A stretch of DNA of 64,000 nt from Bacteriovoracaceae bacterium (GTDB lineage: Bacteria > Bdellovibrionota > UBA1018): the NCBI GenBank assembly GCA_947447665.1, contig CANFJX010000002.1, positions 209,659 through 273,658 on the forward strand, written 5' to 3'. Under the pieces are notes generated by a model that ran no database searches, was not told where the DNA came from, and worked only from the letters and a program-made list of their open reading frames with translations. Below are positions 17,796 through 27,751 of this stretch, piece by piece (position 1 is the first letter of the stretch; the number at the start of each line of letters is the position of its first letter). Both the position numbers and the translations under genes were made by a program.

Positions 17796-18202
17796 ATGTA
17801 CATGATTTAGAGTCTGATGGACTCATCACTGAGATCAATGTCACACCCTTTGTCGATGTAGTATTAGTGCTACTCATCCTCTTCATGCTCGCAGCCCCGG
17901 CAGTCTACCAGTCAGCGCTTAAAGTAAAATTGCCTACTGTCACTTCTGCGAGTAAGGTGAAGCATGTCACACTTCATTTTTTTGTGAGTTCCAAAGGGGA
18001 GATTCAGGTGGATCGCGAGAGGATCCAAGCCCACGCAGTTGAGGCGCTTGTGAAGCGCGCAATTTCAATCGATCCAAACGCTGACGCGATGATCTCAGCA
18101 GATAAAAGCGTCGCCCATGGCAACGTAATTGAGATCATTGACCTGATCAAGACGAGTGGAATTCATGAAGTGGCTTTGGCGGCCACTGAGAGAAAGATTT
18201 AG
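17792..18202 (+). CDS. ExbD/TolR family protein
   Basis: EINVTPFVDVVLVLLILFM with the conserved TM Asp, and ISADKSVAHG. ATGA overlap with the ExbB-like gene. Confidence 0.95.
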   Translation: MNVHDLESDGLITEINVTPFVDVVLVLLILFMLAAPAVYQSALKVKLPTVTSASKVKHVTLHFFVSSKGEIQVDRERIQAHAVEALVKRAISIDPNADAMISADKSVAHGNVIEIIDLIKTSGIHEVALAATERKI

Positions 18203-18378
18203 CGGGCGCAACGAACTGATTTTGCATTGGCGTTGTAGTCGCCATGTGTGTAGCCATTATGTCCATTGCTAGCCGCAAAAGAAGTGGAGGACATGAGTGA
18301 AGGTCCCAGGGTCATTTGAGCCAACCATGCAAAAAATAGAACTTTATTAGGAATAAAAAAAAATTTAAATCTACTCAT
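18199..18378 (-). CDS. 59-aa mini-protein: signal peptide fused to a DUF1566/Lcl-like C-terminal tip (possible deletion remnant)
   Basis: MSRFKFFF...STSFAA followed by SNGHNGYTHGDYNANAKSVRCAR*. The terminal SVRC.R is the CLec-fold/DUF1566 end motif. Confidence 0.45.
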   Translation of the reverse strand: MSRFKFFFIPNKVLFFAWLAQMTLGPSLMSSTSFAASNGHNGYTHGDYNANAKSVRCAR

Positions 18379-18462
18379 AAATAAATCACTTTTATTACTT
18401 AAATCGTTACTGGGCATCAAGACCACTGGTCAATCAATAGTTGATCACCCATGAGGCGTTAA

Positions 18463-18479
18463 AGCAATTCAAGTGCCAA
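18463..18479 (-). promoter_or_regulatory. Sigma-54 (-24/-12) promoter
   Basis: Minus strand reads TTGGCAC-TTGAA-TTGCT, an exact TGGCAC-N5-TTGC consensus, about 85 bp upstream of the mini-gene ATG. Confidence 0.7.
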
Positions 18480-18608
18480 CTGGAAACAGTGTGACATTGC
18501 TTGAAATTTGAGGGTTTTTGCTTGTGATGTGTTTAGGTAGGGAAAGGGACTTACAGAGATGTCAAAAAGTTAATTGAAAAAAAGGCTCTCCAGCTCTAAT
18601 TCAAATGC

Positions 18609-19094
18609 TTAGAGCTGCTTTCGAGTGACGATCACGATCAGCTGTTCGCCTTGGAGCATGGGACAGGGCAAAACGAGATTCTTGCGAGTCTTACTTCCAG
18701 GGATCACTCGGACCACCTTCGACTCAAATAGACAACCCTCTTGAACAAAGATCTCTGCGTAATTAGCTTCTACTTTCGGCCAGTCACGGTCAAGGTAAGT
18801 CGAAACACGAATCTCAGGCGAGGGCGAAGACATCAAGTAATCGAATGTAGTGTCTTGGACGGCGACAGTGAGATCATCTGGGCTCTGAACCCCTTGCTGG
18901 ACCCGAATTTCAATCGTTTTCATCGCTTGTATATCGGCCATCAGCAGCTCAATGTCAAGCCGGAGGCGTTTTGGGTCTTCTTGGCTCAGACTTTGTTGAG
19001 CTAGGGTTGAGTTCCTATTTGCAGGAATCTCCAGGAGGCCGTAGTATTTTTTTAAGATCGACCTCGCTAGGAAGACTGATCGCCGCCTTGACAC
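18609..19094 (-). CDS. Hypothetical protein (start uncertain; possibly a 3' gene fragment)
   Basis: 161-aa frame filling the gap. The listed start overlaps the upstream gene by 80 bp. Confidence 0.4.
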   Translation of the reverse strand: MSRRRSVFLARSILKKYYGLLEIPANRNSTLAQQSLSQEDPKRLRLDIELLMADIQAMKTIEIRVQQGVQSPDDLTVAVQDTTFDYLMSSPSPEIRVSTYLDRDWPKVEANYAEIFVQEGCLFESKVVRVIPGSKTRKNLVLPCPMLQGEQLIVIVTRKQL

Positions 19095-21411
19095 GGAATG
19101 AGCCGATGAGTTCCCGATTGTCCTGACTGATGTATCTCGAGCGATGATCAGTTGAGTCGATCCATTCGATTTTACGTGAAGGACTCATACTTGGCTCTTT
19201 TAGAAAATGGCTCAAGCCCTCATTGTATCGCTTTACCTCCAGGGTCGACGGGTAATCTTTGGTATGGCAAAAACTATCCAGGTAGCATATGCGCGCCAAG
19301 CGGATTAAGTTTTCTTCTTTCGATCGATCCATCTCCGAGAGAGCTACATAGATCAGCTCGGGGAAGGCCCCCTGATCCAACCCTCGCAGCTTTGAGTAAG
19401 GACATTCTGAGAAGAACTGCATTTTTTCTGCCTCGGTTTCGAATGGATGGTCAGCTAACTTGAGGGCGGCCACGAAAGCTTTCCACTTGCCGCGAAAATG
19501 AGGGAATTGAGACGCTTCAGCAAAGTCCATGGACTGGGGGAGTTTTCCGGTAGTTTGAGTCTGCTGGAGGACTAGATCAAGAATTTTTGGCCAATAAGGT
19601 TCAGATTTAACCTTGCTCATAAAGCTAAAAGCCACGGGCCATTGAAGATGACCTTGCATGGCTGTTTTCATCATCTGTTTAAAGAGTTCCTCTCGCACTG
19701 GATTAAATCGCTCGTCCCATTCAACTTCGCTTAAGAGTTCAGGGTCGCTTTGGTAGATGGACTCAAGATCGTTGCTCCGGCTGTAAGGGTGTTGATTTCG
19801 CTGGTTCAAAATGTCATCTAGGCTCACCGAAAGCTCACTACGCATAATTAGATATCTAGCCTTATTCAAGGGAGCGAGATCAGCAGATCCAAAACTACTT
19901 TGACTTCGATCTAAATTTAAAAAGATTCGTGCGGCTAGATGTTGAGCTTCGGTCAAATTTAACTGTCTAAGGACGTCAACTTGGTTCGTCTTCGAGTTGG
20001 GAGAGAGCTCTTCTGCAACTCCGCTTCGTTTTGGATCATCTAAAATTTGCGCAGCAAATAGCGCCCGCTGCAATAAATTCATTTCCGAAAATTTTGGAGA
20101 TGGAAGCTGAATTGGAACCTGTGAAATAGATTTCCAGCCCCGAGTCCGCTGAGGCAGCGTATCCAGTGATTCTAGAGACACCATCACTGCGGCGCTAATG
20201 TCGTTGGGGTTGTAATAGTTATGATATCCCGAGTGATCCTTTGCCTGAAATTTGGAAACAATCGAGAAGCCATTTGGCAATTCGACTTGCATTTTGATTC
20301 CTGATTTTGAAGTCATGGCCTGTCGAATGTCTGGGTGATTCACTAACGAATCATTCGCAAAAAAATTAGGTAAAATTAAATCATTCACGCCTGATTTTTT
20401 TGCAATCAGCTCCATGATTTTTTTAGCGTGATGCTCATGAAGGGCTGGGCCACTGATGGTCAGAATATAAGGCAGTTTCTTTCCGTCGGGCGTGGTCGCA
20501 TCGATGACGACGGTATACCCCTTGATTTTTTCACCTTCCTTAACCCAGTAAGCTTGAACTCCACGACTCAGAACGTAGTGAGGAACTGAGGCAATCGAGC
20601 AGTCACCTCCAAAGATACCTCGAAAGGGGGTAGCGGCAGTCGGGATCTCCTCTAGGGTGAGTGTTTTTGGGAAGAGATGGGCGCCTTCAGTGCTCACCGG
20701 GGTGGTAGCTTTCGCGATCTGCTTTCCGATAAAATCACGTTTCACTTGAACCCATCGCTCACCTAAAACTCCAAGTCCTGGAGTCACCCTCAGCTCGTCC
20801 ACCTGATTTTTAAGGTGTTCTAAATTAGATTGAGAGTAGATTTCGTTCAACTGATCACCCTTGACGGAATCGAGGAAGCTTTCAGGATTCCCTGGGGCTG
20901 CTTTTAAAATGGGATAGGCGCGGAGGTAACTTGAAACTCGTTTCTTAAAGTCCTCCTCTCGCTTTCTTACGTCTTTTTCCGAGCGAGCTGAGTCCTTCCA
21001 ATCTCTGAGAACCTTTTTAAAATCTAATGGGTCGGAACCACTCTTGATTGCAGCACGGAGGACAGCCAGGTCGTGAAAGAGAGAGTCCTGGATAGACTTG
21101 ATCGCCCTTGGGTCGACACGTCCTTCTGAGTCAAAATAACTGATCGAAAGCCTCTCGACGGAGTTAAAGGCCAAAGGCTTGGCCTCGGCCCCTAAAAGGT
21201 GATGAACCTCGTTAAGATTTTCAACGGTGAGCATCAGATTACGCCGATAGTCTAAATGAGTGGCAAAAAGTTTATCACCATAGAGGCGGTCGAGTGATCG
21301 CAAAAACGCTACGCGACTCAGTGCTGTCGATAGGTCAGGTTCGTCATTTCCCCCATAGCAAAGACTGCCATTCATCATCCATAAAATGACTATAACGATT
21401 AGGGAGCGCAT
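19015..21411 (-). CDS. Large secreted hypothetical protein
   Basis: 798-aa ORF with an N-terminal signal peptide and a central FRGIFGGDCS motif. No family recognised. Confidence 0.8.
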   Translation of the reverse strand: MRSLIVIVILWMMNGSLCYGGNDEPDLSTALSRVAFLRSLDRLYGDKLFATHLDYRRNLMLTVENLNEVHHLLGAEAKPLAFNSVERLSISYFDSEGRVDPRAIKSIQDSLFHDLAVLRAAIKSGSDPLDFKKVLRDWKDSARSEKDVRKREEDFKKRVSSYLRAYPILKAAPGNPESFLDSVKGDQLNEIYSQSNLEHLKNQVDELRVTPGLGVLGERWVQVKRDFIGKQIAKATTPVSTEGAHLFPKTLTLEEIPTAATPFRGIFGGDCSIASVPHYVLSRGVQAYWVKEGEKIKGYTVVIDATTPDGKKLPYILTISGPALHEHHAKKIMELIAKKSGVNDLILPNFFANDSLVNHPDIRQAMTSKSGIKMQVELPNGFSIVSKFQAKDHSGYHNYYNPNDISAAVMVSLESLDTLPQRTRGWKSISQVPIQLPSPKFSEMNLLQRALFAAQILDDPKRSGVAEELSPNSKTNQVDVLRQLNLTEAQHLAARIFLNLDRSQSSFGSADLAPLNKARYLIMRSELSVSLDDILNQRNQHPYSRSNDLESIYQSDPELLSEVEWDERFNPVREELFKQMMKTAMQGHLQWPVAFSFMSKVKSEPYWPKILDLVLQQTQTTGKLPQSMDFAEASQFPHFRGKWKAFVAALKLADHPFETEAEKMQFFSECPYSKLRGLDQGAFPELIYVALSEMDRSKEENLIRLARICYLDSFCHTKDYPSTLEVKRYNEGLSHFLKEPSMSPSRKIEWIDSTDHRSRYISQDNRELIGSFRVKAAISLPSEVDLKKILRPPGDSCK

Positions 21412-21465
21412 GATTAATTATTAAATAAATGGACGCCTCTGGCTAGCTTATAGTGAGTGGCCCAA

Positions 21466-22224
21466 TTATTCCTTGAGCGCCTGGACGTAATCCCGTCGCA
21501 TTTGAGCGATGGTGTCGATTGAAATTTCCTTTGGACAAGCAGCCCGGCACTCGCCGATATTGGTGCAGTTTCCGAAACCCTCTAAGTCCATCTTTTGAAC
21601 CATTCGGAAGACGCGCTTGGATCGCTCAGGATTTCCTTGAGGCAGCAGGCCGAGATGGGAGATCTTCGCTGCTGTAAAAAGGGACGCAGAAGCATTCGGG
21701 CAGGCTGCTACACAAGCGCCACAACCAATGCAGGTCGCGTTGTCCATGGCTTGATCGGCTACTGGCTTAGGAATTAAGTGAGAGTTCGCGTCTGGGTGGG
21801 GACCTGTTTTCGTTGAGACATATCCACCAGCAGCGATAATCCGGTCGAATGCCGAACGATCTACCACCAAATCCCGAATGACCGGGAACGCTTTGGAGCG
21901 CCAAGGCTCGATAATGATCGTGTCTCCATCTCCGAAGTGTCGCATGTAGAGTTGGCAAGTAGTCGTCGCTTGCAGAGGACCGTGAGCTTGTCCATTGATG
22001 ATGACTCCACAAGAGCCACAAATCCCCTCGCGGCAGTCACTATCAAACTCGACCGGCGCTTTGCCGGATTTGATGAGTTGCTCATTGAGTAAGTCGAGCA
22101 TTTCTAAAAAGGAGATATCATCATCAATGTCAGACAACTGGTAAGGCTCAAAGGAACCCTGGGCTTCTGGGTTTTTCTGCCGCCAAATTTCCAAGTTAAG
22201 CTTAAGTTTTGGCATAGTGCTCAC
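21466..22224 (-). CDS. sdhB: Succinate dehydrogenase/fumarate reductase iron-sulfur subunit
   Basis: [33 protein letters not shown]. Confidence 0.96.
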   Translation of the reverse strand: MSTMPKLKLNLEIWRQKNPEAQGSFEPYQLSDIDDDISFLEMLDLLNEQLIKSGKAPVEFDSDCREGICGSCGVIINGQAHGPLQATTTCQLYMRHFGDGDTIIIEPWRSKAFPVIRDLVVDRSAFDRIIAAGGYVSTKTGPHPDANSHLIPKPVADQAMDNATCIGCGACVAACPNASASLFTAAKISHLGLLPQGNPERSKRVFRMVQKMDLEGFGNCTNIGECRAACPKEISIDTIAQMRRDYVQALKE

Positions 22225-22233
22225 CTACTCTTT

Positions 22234-24162
22234 TTATTTATAACTTCTTTGGGAGAGTTTAATGCTCTCGAAATGGAGGTCTTCCTTATTCAGGGTCTCT
22301 GGCTTATTCTGGCCGGTATAACCCCAGGCTGCTACATAGCAAAAATTCTCGTCATCTCGTAATGCCTCACCTTCTGGAGTTTGGCTTTCCTCTCTGAAGT
22401 GTCCACCACAAGACTCGGATCGATTCAAGGCATCGGCAGCCATGAGTTCACCTAACTCAAGAAAATCAGCAACTCTTCCGGCCATTTCCAGGTTTTTATT
22501 GAACTCAGTTGCCTCGCCTGGGATCAAAACCTCATTCCAGAATTCTTCGCGAAGCCCTTGAACCTTTTGAATGACGGTTTTCAGTCCCTTCTCATTCCGG
22601 GCCATGCCGACATGATCCCACATGAGGTGACCCAGTTCGCGGTAGAATTCGAGTACTGTTTTCTTCCCTGTTTTTCCAACGGTGAGAAGCTTTTGAATTT
22701 CAGAGCGGACCGAATTCTCTGCATCGGCAAAAGCAGGATGTTGTGTATCCACTGCAGGCAAAGGGGTCGAAGCAATGTAATGCCCGAGGGTGTAGGGTAT
22801 TACAAAGTAACCATCGCAAAGACCCTGCATGAGGGCGCTCGCACCGAGGCGATTCGCTCCGTGGTCTGAGAAATTAGCCTCGCCTAGGACGTGGAGCCCT
22901 GGGATGTTTGACATCAAATTATAATCCACCCAGAGTCCACCCATCGTGTAATGGATGGCAGGGTAGATCCTCATGGGCGTCTGATAAGGATTCTCATTGG
23001 TAATTTTATCGTAAATCTCAAATAGATTTCCGTACTTTTCCTTAATCGTTTGGAGGCCATCGCGTTGAATCGCATCCTTGAAGTCGAGGTAAACTGCATA
23101 GCCGCTTGTACCCACTCCCCTACCTTCGTCGCAGACCTCTTTGTTATTTCGCGAAGCAACGTCACGTGGCACTAAGTTACCAAAGCTTGGGTACTTTCTT
23201 TCTAAGAAATAATCTCTTGCATCCTCCGAGATTTGGCTCGGAGGCTTTGAAGCGTCTTCTTTTCTTTTAGGCACCCAGACACGACCATCGTTTCTCAAGC
23301 TCTCAGACATGAGAGTGAGCTTGGACTGATGGTCTCCGGAGACCGGAATGCAGGTGGGATGAATTTGAGTAAAGCAAGGATTGGCGAAAAGTGCCCCACG
23401 CTTATGGGCGCGCCAGCTTGCTGTACAGTTGGAGTTAAACGCATTAGTCGAGAGAAAGAAAACTCGTCCATAGCCACCTGTAGCCAAGAGGACGGAGTCG
23501 CCTGCATAGCGTTCCATCGCGCCCGTAGTTAGGTTTCGGCAGATGATTCCTCGGGCCTTGCCGTCTATCATCACGAGATCCAGCATTTCGCGGCGGGAGT
23601 ACATCTCCACTTTGCCCGCATCAACCATTCTCATCAGGGCTTGATAAGCACCTAAGAGGAGCTGTTGGCCGGTCTGCCCTCGAGCATAAAAAGTTCTAGA
23701 AACCTGTGCCCCGCCGAACGAACGATTGGCGAGTTCGCCGCTGTATTCGCGGGCAAACGGGACGCCCTGAGCTGCACATTGGTCGATGATATTGGAACTG
23801 AGCTCAGCGAGGCGATAAACGTTCGCTTCTCGGGACCTGAAATCCCCGCCTTTGATGGTATCGTAGAAAAGCCGATAAACACTATCCCCGTCATTTGGGT
23901 AGTTTTTAGTCGAGTTGATTCCGCCCTGGGCGGCAATGCTATGGGCTCTTCGAGGAGAATCTTGAATGCAGAAGCATTTTACGTTGTATCCAAGCTCAGC
24001 GAGCGAGGCTGCTGCTGAGGCACCTGCGAGTCCGCTTCCTACCACTAAAACCGTGTGTTTTCGCTTATTCGCCGGGTTGACGAGCTTAATCGAGCCTTTG
24101 TGATTGCTCCATTTTTCCGATAAGTCACCTGAAGGAATTTTTGAATCTAGGTTCATACTCAC
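22234..24162 (-). CDS. sdhA: Succinate dehydrogenase/fumarate reductase flavoprotein subunit
   Basis: [20 protein letters not shown] (FAD-His), QIHPT, HYTMGG, HGANRLG. Confidence 0.97.
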   Translation of the reverse strand: MSMNLDSKIPSGDLSEKWSNHKGSIKLVNPANKRKHTVLVVGSGLAGASAAASLAELGYNVKCFCIQDSPRRAHSIAAQGGINSTKNYPNDGDSVYRLFYDTIKGGDFRSREANVYRLAELSSNIIDQCAAQGVPFAREYSGELANRSFGGAQVSRTFYARGQTGQQLLLGAYQALMRMVDAGKVEMYSRREMLDLVMIDGKARGIICRNLTTGAMERYAGDSVLLATGGYGRVFFLSTNAFNSNCTASWRAHKRGALFANPCFTQIHPTCIPVSGDHQSKLTLMSESLRNDGRVWVPKRKEDASKPPSQISEDARDYFLERKYPSFGNLVPRDVASRNNKEVCDEGRGVGTSGYAVYLDFKDAIQRDGLQTIKEKYGNLFEIYDKITNENPYQTPMRIYPAIHYTMGGLWVDYNLMSNIPGLHVLGEANFSDHGANRLGASALMQGLCDGYFVIPYTLGHYIASTPLPAVDTQHPAFADAENSVRSEIQKLLTVGKTGKKTVLEFYRELGHLMWDHVGMARNEKGLKTVIQKVQGLREEFWNEVLIPGEATEFNKNLEMAGRVADFLELGELMAADALNRSESCGGHFREESQTPEGEALRDDENFCYVAAWGYTGQNKPETLNKEDLHFESIKLSQRSYK

Positions 24163-24170
24163 GATTTCCT

Positions 24171-24866
24171 TTAAATTGAAGCTCCGAAATAAATCCAGGC
24201 CGGGATAATCAGGAATCCTACGCCGAGCAAGACGCCAAGAATTGCGCCTAGCAATCTGAGCGGCGTGGTCGTCCGACTTCGAGTCATACCAAGAGATTGA
24301 AGAGCGCTCCAGATCCCATGTCTTAGATGCAGTCCGAGAAGTATCATCACAACGCTATAAAAAAGAAACATCACAGGATTTTTCAAGGTCTCAACAACTA
24401 GGCGGTAGAGGTCTCGAATCTGCTCCTGACCCTGGGTTGCAATATAGCCCTGACTCATTCCTGGGCCGAAGCGAAACTGCCAAATATGGATGCCCAAGAA
24501 CAATAGAATGAGTGAGCCAGAAACCGCCATATTTCTGGAGGAAAGATTGCTCGGCGTGTCGCCCCCTTTGGATCGCCACTGGCGGTAGGCAACTGGGCGG
24601 GCATCGAGATTTCGTTTTTTTGTCGTGAGTACGGTGACAATATGAATCAAGAATATTGCGAGAAGTCCTATTTCAGCAACCGCCAGGAGGGGACCAAAAC
24701 TCTCGAGCTTGGCAGCATAGGCGTTGAACGCTGCTCCGTCCGACCGTAGAAGGGTCAAATTGCCAAGAAGGTGAACCACGACAAATCCTACTAGGCCGAG
24801 TCCGGACAAGGCGATGAGGAGCTTCTTAAAAACAGTAGTAAAACTTTTAACTTGCGGGTAGCTCAT
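24171..24866 (-). CDS. sdhC: Succinate dehydrogenase cytochrome b subunit
   Basis: Five TM helices with heme His ligands (HLLGN, IHI, IHIWQF, HLRHG). First gene of sdhCAB. Confidence 0.93.
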   Translation of the reverse strand: MSYPQVKSFTTVFKKLLIALSGLGLVGFVVVHLLGNLTLLRSDGAAFNAYAAKLESFGPLLAVAEIGLLAIFLIHIVTVLTTKKRNLDARPVAYRQWRSKGGDTPSNLSSRNMAVSGSLILLFLGIHIWQFRFGPGMSQGYIATQGQEQIRDLYRLVVETLKNPVMFLFYSVVMILLGLHLRHGIWSALQSLGMTRSRTTTPLRLLGAILGVLLGVGFLIIPAWIYFGASI

Positions 24867-25057
24867 GATTCAAGCTTCAACCTTTCTCGCATTTTTATTC
24901 TGGAAAGCTATTTATAGTGAAATAGATCAGCATTTCAAGAAAATGTTTTTTATTCTGGGCGGTCCTGGGAACAACCTCAGTGCAAAATGACCGGTCTCTA
25001 CGAAGCCTACCCTGCAAGTATGGTTGATTTGAGGGAGAAATGCATTTTAAAAAGGCG

Positions 25058-25084
25058 AAAAAGTCGGAAGGATTCCGAGCTTTT
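25058..25084 (-). terminator. Probable intrinsic terminator
   Basis: TCGGAA-N3-TTCCGA hairpin flanked by A/T tracts, downstream of the His-rich gene. Confidence 0.45.
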
Positions 25085-25152
25085 CTTGGGTTCTTTTTCC
25101 GTCTTCTGATTGTCGAATTTTTGACGGGCCTTCAGTAGCTCCAGAGCCTGCT

Positions 25153-25530
25153 TTAATGGTGTCCGCCATGCCCTCCATGTTCGCCGTGCCCATGGTCGTG
25201 GTCGTGGCCTCCGTGTCCATAACCCCAACCATATCCCCCACCGTACTCGTAACTGTAATAGCAATCGCACAGGTTGCAGCAATAGCCACTCAGGTCGCAC
25301 GAGTAGTAACCACAACTATAGACAGTGTAACTCAGATGAGTGACTCCGTCTTCGCCGTCCTCCATAAAGTCGAGAACGTCCGGTTCTAGATATCCCTGAG
25401 TCTCTGCCGCCTGGGTCGCGTTCAAGTCAAGAGTCTCCTCTCCTTTTTTGAAGGAGTCAGCCATGATTGGCGTGCTCATTAAGTTCAGTCCAAACAAAGC
25501 AGCTGAAAAAATCATTAAATTGTTTTTCAT
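25153..25530 (-). CDS. Secreted Cys/Tyr-rich protein with a Gly/His-rich tail (125 aa)
   Basis: SD GGGAG then MKNNLMIFSAALFGL signal peptide, an acidic segment, SCGYYSCDLSGYCCNLCDC and GHGGHDHDHGHGEHGGHGGHH. Confidence 0.75.
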   Translation of the reverse strand: MKNNLMIFSAALFGLNLMSTPIMADSFKKGEETLDLNATQAAETQGYLEPDVLDFMEDGEDGVTHLSYTVYSCGYYSCDLSGYCCNLCDCYYSYEYGGGYGWGYGHGGHDHDHGHGEHGGHGGHH

Positions 25531-25583
25531 TTTAATCACTCCCAAAATAAACCGCTGCTTAGGGTGTACCAACAAACGATCAG

Positions 25584-26429
25584 CTACACTCGGTCTGCAA
25601 GGCAGGTCCCCGCCGAGGCAGATATAATGAGTAAGATCGCCAGACATTGAGTGAAAGAAAGACTCTCGTGCAAAAAAATAAATCCTGAAAGGGCGGCTAA
25701 GACGGGTTCTAAACTCATTAAGATGCTAAAGGTCTTGTGGGGTAACTTCTTGAGCGCGACCATTTCTAAGGAGTAAGGTAGAGCGCTCGAAAGGAGGGCT
25801 ACCCCAAGTCCCCACGGGAGCAACTCGGGCCGGAAAAGCTGAGCTCCTTGTTGAACTATGCCAAAAGGTAGAACGACTAGAGCAGCGACGAGCATACCTG
25901 CAGCGGTTGCCTGGCCGCTGTGGACGTCAGTTCCGATTCGCTTTCCAAAAACAATATAGAGCGCCCAGCAGACACCCGCACCGAGAGCAAAACCAACTCC
26001 TGATAGTGAAATATTCTGGGTGGCGGTTGCCTGAAGTGGGAGAATCAAAAGAATCCCGCAGGCTGCCAAAATAGACCATAGAAAGTCGAGTCCGCGCCTA
26101 GATGCCACCACAGCCACTACCAAAGGACCTGTAAACTCTAAGGCTACGGCGATCCCGAGTGGAACACGCTCTAGGGATAAGTAAAAGAGGAGATTCATCC
26201 ACCCTAGGGAGGCTCCATAAAAGCCGATCATGAGTAGCTCATGCCTCTTCCACTTTCGCCTCCAGGGCCGCCAGAGAACTAAAAGAATTAAGCTCGCAAA
26301 AGCTAATCGAAGGGAAGTTGCCCCTAGGGGTCCAATCTTAGGAAATAGATGCTTAGCAAAAGAGGCTCCGGTCTGGATCGATACCATTGCCAAAACTAAA
26401 CTCAACGAAGGGTGGCTAAAATTAAGCAC
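25584..26429 (-). CDS. rhtA: EamA/DMT transporter, RhtA-like threonine/homoserine exporter
   Basis: MVSIQTGASFAK, PLGIAVALEFTGPL, SSALPYSLEMVAL, ILMSLEP. Confidence 0.88.
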   Translation of the reverse strand: MLNFSHPSLSLVLAMVSIQTGASFAKHLFPKIGPLGATSLRLAFASLILLVLWRPWRRKWKRHELLMIGFYGASLGWMNLLFYLSLERVPLGIAVALEFTGPLVVAVVASRRGLDFLWSILAACGILLILPLQATATQNISLSGVGFALGAGVCWALYIVFGKRIGTDVHSGQATAAGMLVAALVVLPFGIVQQGAQLFRPELLPWGLGVALLSSALPYSLEMVALKKLPHKTFSILMSLEPVLAALSGFIFLHESLSFTQCLAILLIISASAGTCLADRV

Positions 26430-27744
26430 TCCTCGTGCTTAGCATAGTCTCCTGATTTTCTCCGAAAATCTGCCTCAGATCAGGCGTCAGAAAAACGGAG
26501 TGGGGATCCATTTCTTTTCTGAGCCTCTGAAATTCTTCCCACTTTGGGTAAATCGACCGCAACTCTCCTGCCCCTAGAGAATGCAATTTTCCCCAGTGCG
26601 GACGTCCCTCGTATTTTCTAAAGATTTTTTCCATCGCATCAAAATAAGCCCGATGAGGCATTCCTTGATACATGTGCACCGCGATGAGCGCTGAGTCTCT
26701 GCCATAAGCTGGGCTCAACCAAATTGAGTCCCGTTTGACAAATCGACACTCAATGGGGAAGTGGACGCGATGATGACTTTTTTTGATCTCGGTCTGAATT
26801 TCTTGGACTACTTCTGGGAAGCTCTCGATCGGTACTGCGTACTCCATTTCTAAGAACTTTACCCATCTCTCTGTGGCAAAAACGCGGTGACTCCAATCCC
26901 TTCGATGACTCTCGCCCGCAGCTGCGGCGCAAAACTGGCTCACTTTTGGAGTAATCGGGGGGATCCACCGACAAATTCCGCTCAGAGCACCGAGTGCCAT
27001 ATTCTCCAGAACGATGTCATTGAATTTCTGGCCCAAGCTCGGGCTTAATGGGGATTCTTGGCTGATGTGGGAGCGTTTAACTAGAGCTGTCTCGGTGTGG
27101 GGGAACCAGAAGAACTCAAAATTTCTCTCGTCTTGAAGTTCTCGGCGAAAGTTGCTCATCAACGATCCCAGTGACTCTTTGGTTTGCCGCATTTCTAGGA
27201 TGTATTTTGGCTTTAATTTAAGCTGAATTTTGGTGATGACTCCCAAAGCGCCGAGAGATACACGAGCCGCGTCGAGGAGATCTGCGTTTTTTTTCTCATG
27301 AATCTCAACTTTTTGACCGAGCCCGTTCCAAAGCTCCATCCCCACGACTTGCGTCGAGAGACTGCCTAAATCAATTCCAGTCCCATGGGTTCCAGTACTG
27401 ACAGCTCCGGCAATCGATTGGACGTCGATATCCCCCAAATTCTCCATAGCATACCCTAGATCATGGAGTTGGGTACCTAGGGCTCGAATCGGTGTACCTC
27501 CCCAAACCCAGCCTTCGAGTCGACCTGGGTCGATCGCGACCACGCCCTGAAGGCCGCTCAAGCTCATTGAAATTCCAGGGGTAGCTACCAAAGGATAAAA
27601 TGAATGGCCACTGCCTATCACTCGAAGGGGCAGCTTTTCGCGAACTGCCCGGTGGATCACCGCTTCGACCTGTTTCTCCGACTCGATGGTTTCAGTCGCA
27701 GCCGGGGTAAAACTAACATTGCCTGCCCAATTGGTTTTGTTCAT
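26422..27744 (-). CDS. FAD-linked oxidoreductase, D-arabinono-1,4-lactone oxidase family
   Basis: NWAGN, VIGSGHSF (FAD-His), GAVSTGTHGTG, EMEY, GRPHWGK. Confidence 0.92.
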   Translation of the reverse strand: MNKTNWAGNVSFTPAATETIESEKQVEAVIHRAVREKLPLRVIGSGHSFYPLVATPGISMSLSGLQGVVAIDPGRLEGWVWGGTPIRALGTQLHDLGYAMENLGDIDVQSIAGAVSTGTHGTGIDLGSLSTQVVGMELWNGLGQKVEIHEKKNADLLDAARVSLGALGVITKIQLKLKPKYILEMRQTKESLGSLMSNFRRELQDERNFEFFWFPHTETALVKRSHISQESPLSPSLGQKFNDIVLENMALGALSGICRWIPPITPKVSQFCAAAAGESHRRDWSHRVFATERWVKFLEMEYAVPIESFPEVVQEIQTEIKKSHHRVHFPIECRFVKRDSIWLSPAYGRDSALIAVHMYQGMPHRAYFDAMEKIFRKYEGRPHWGKLHSLGAGELRSIYPKWEEFQRLRKEMDPHSVFLTPDLRQIFGENQETMLSTRSA

Positions 27745-27751
27745 TCAATCC

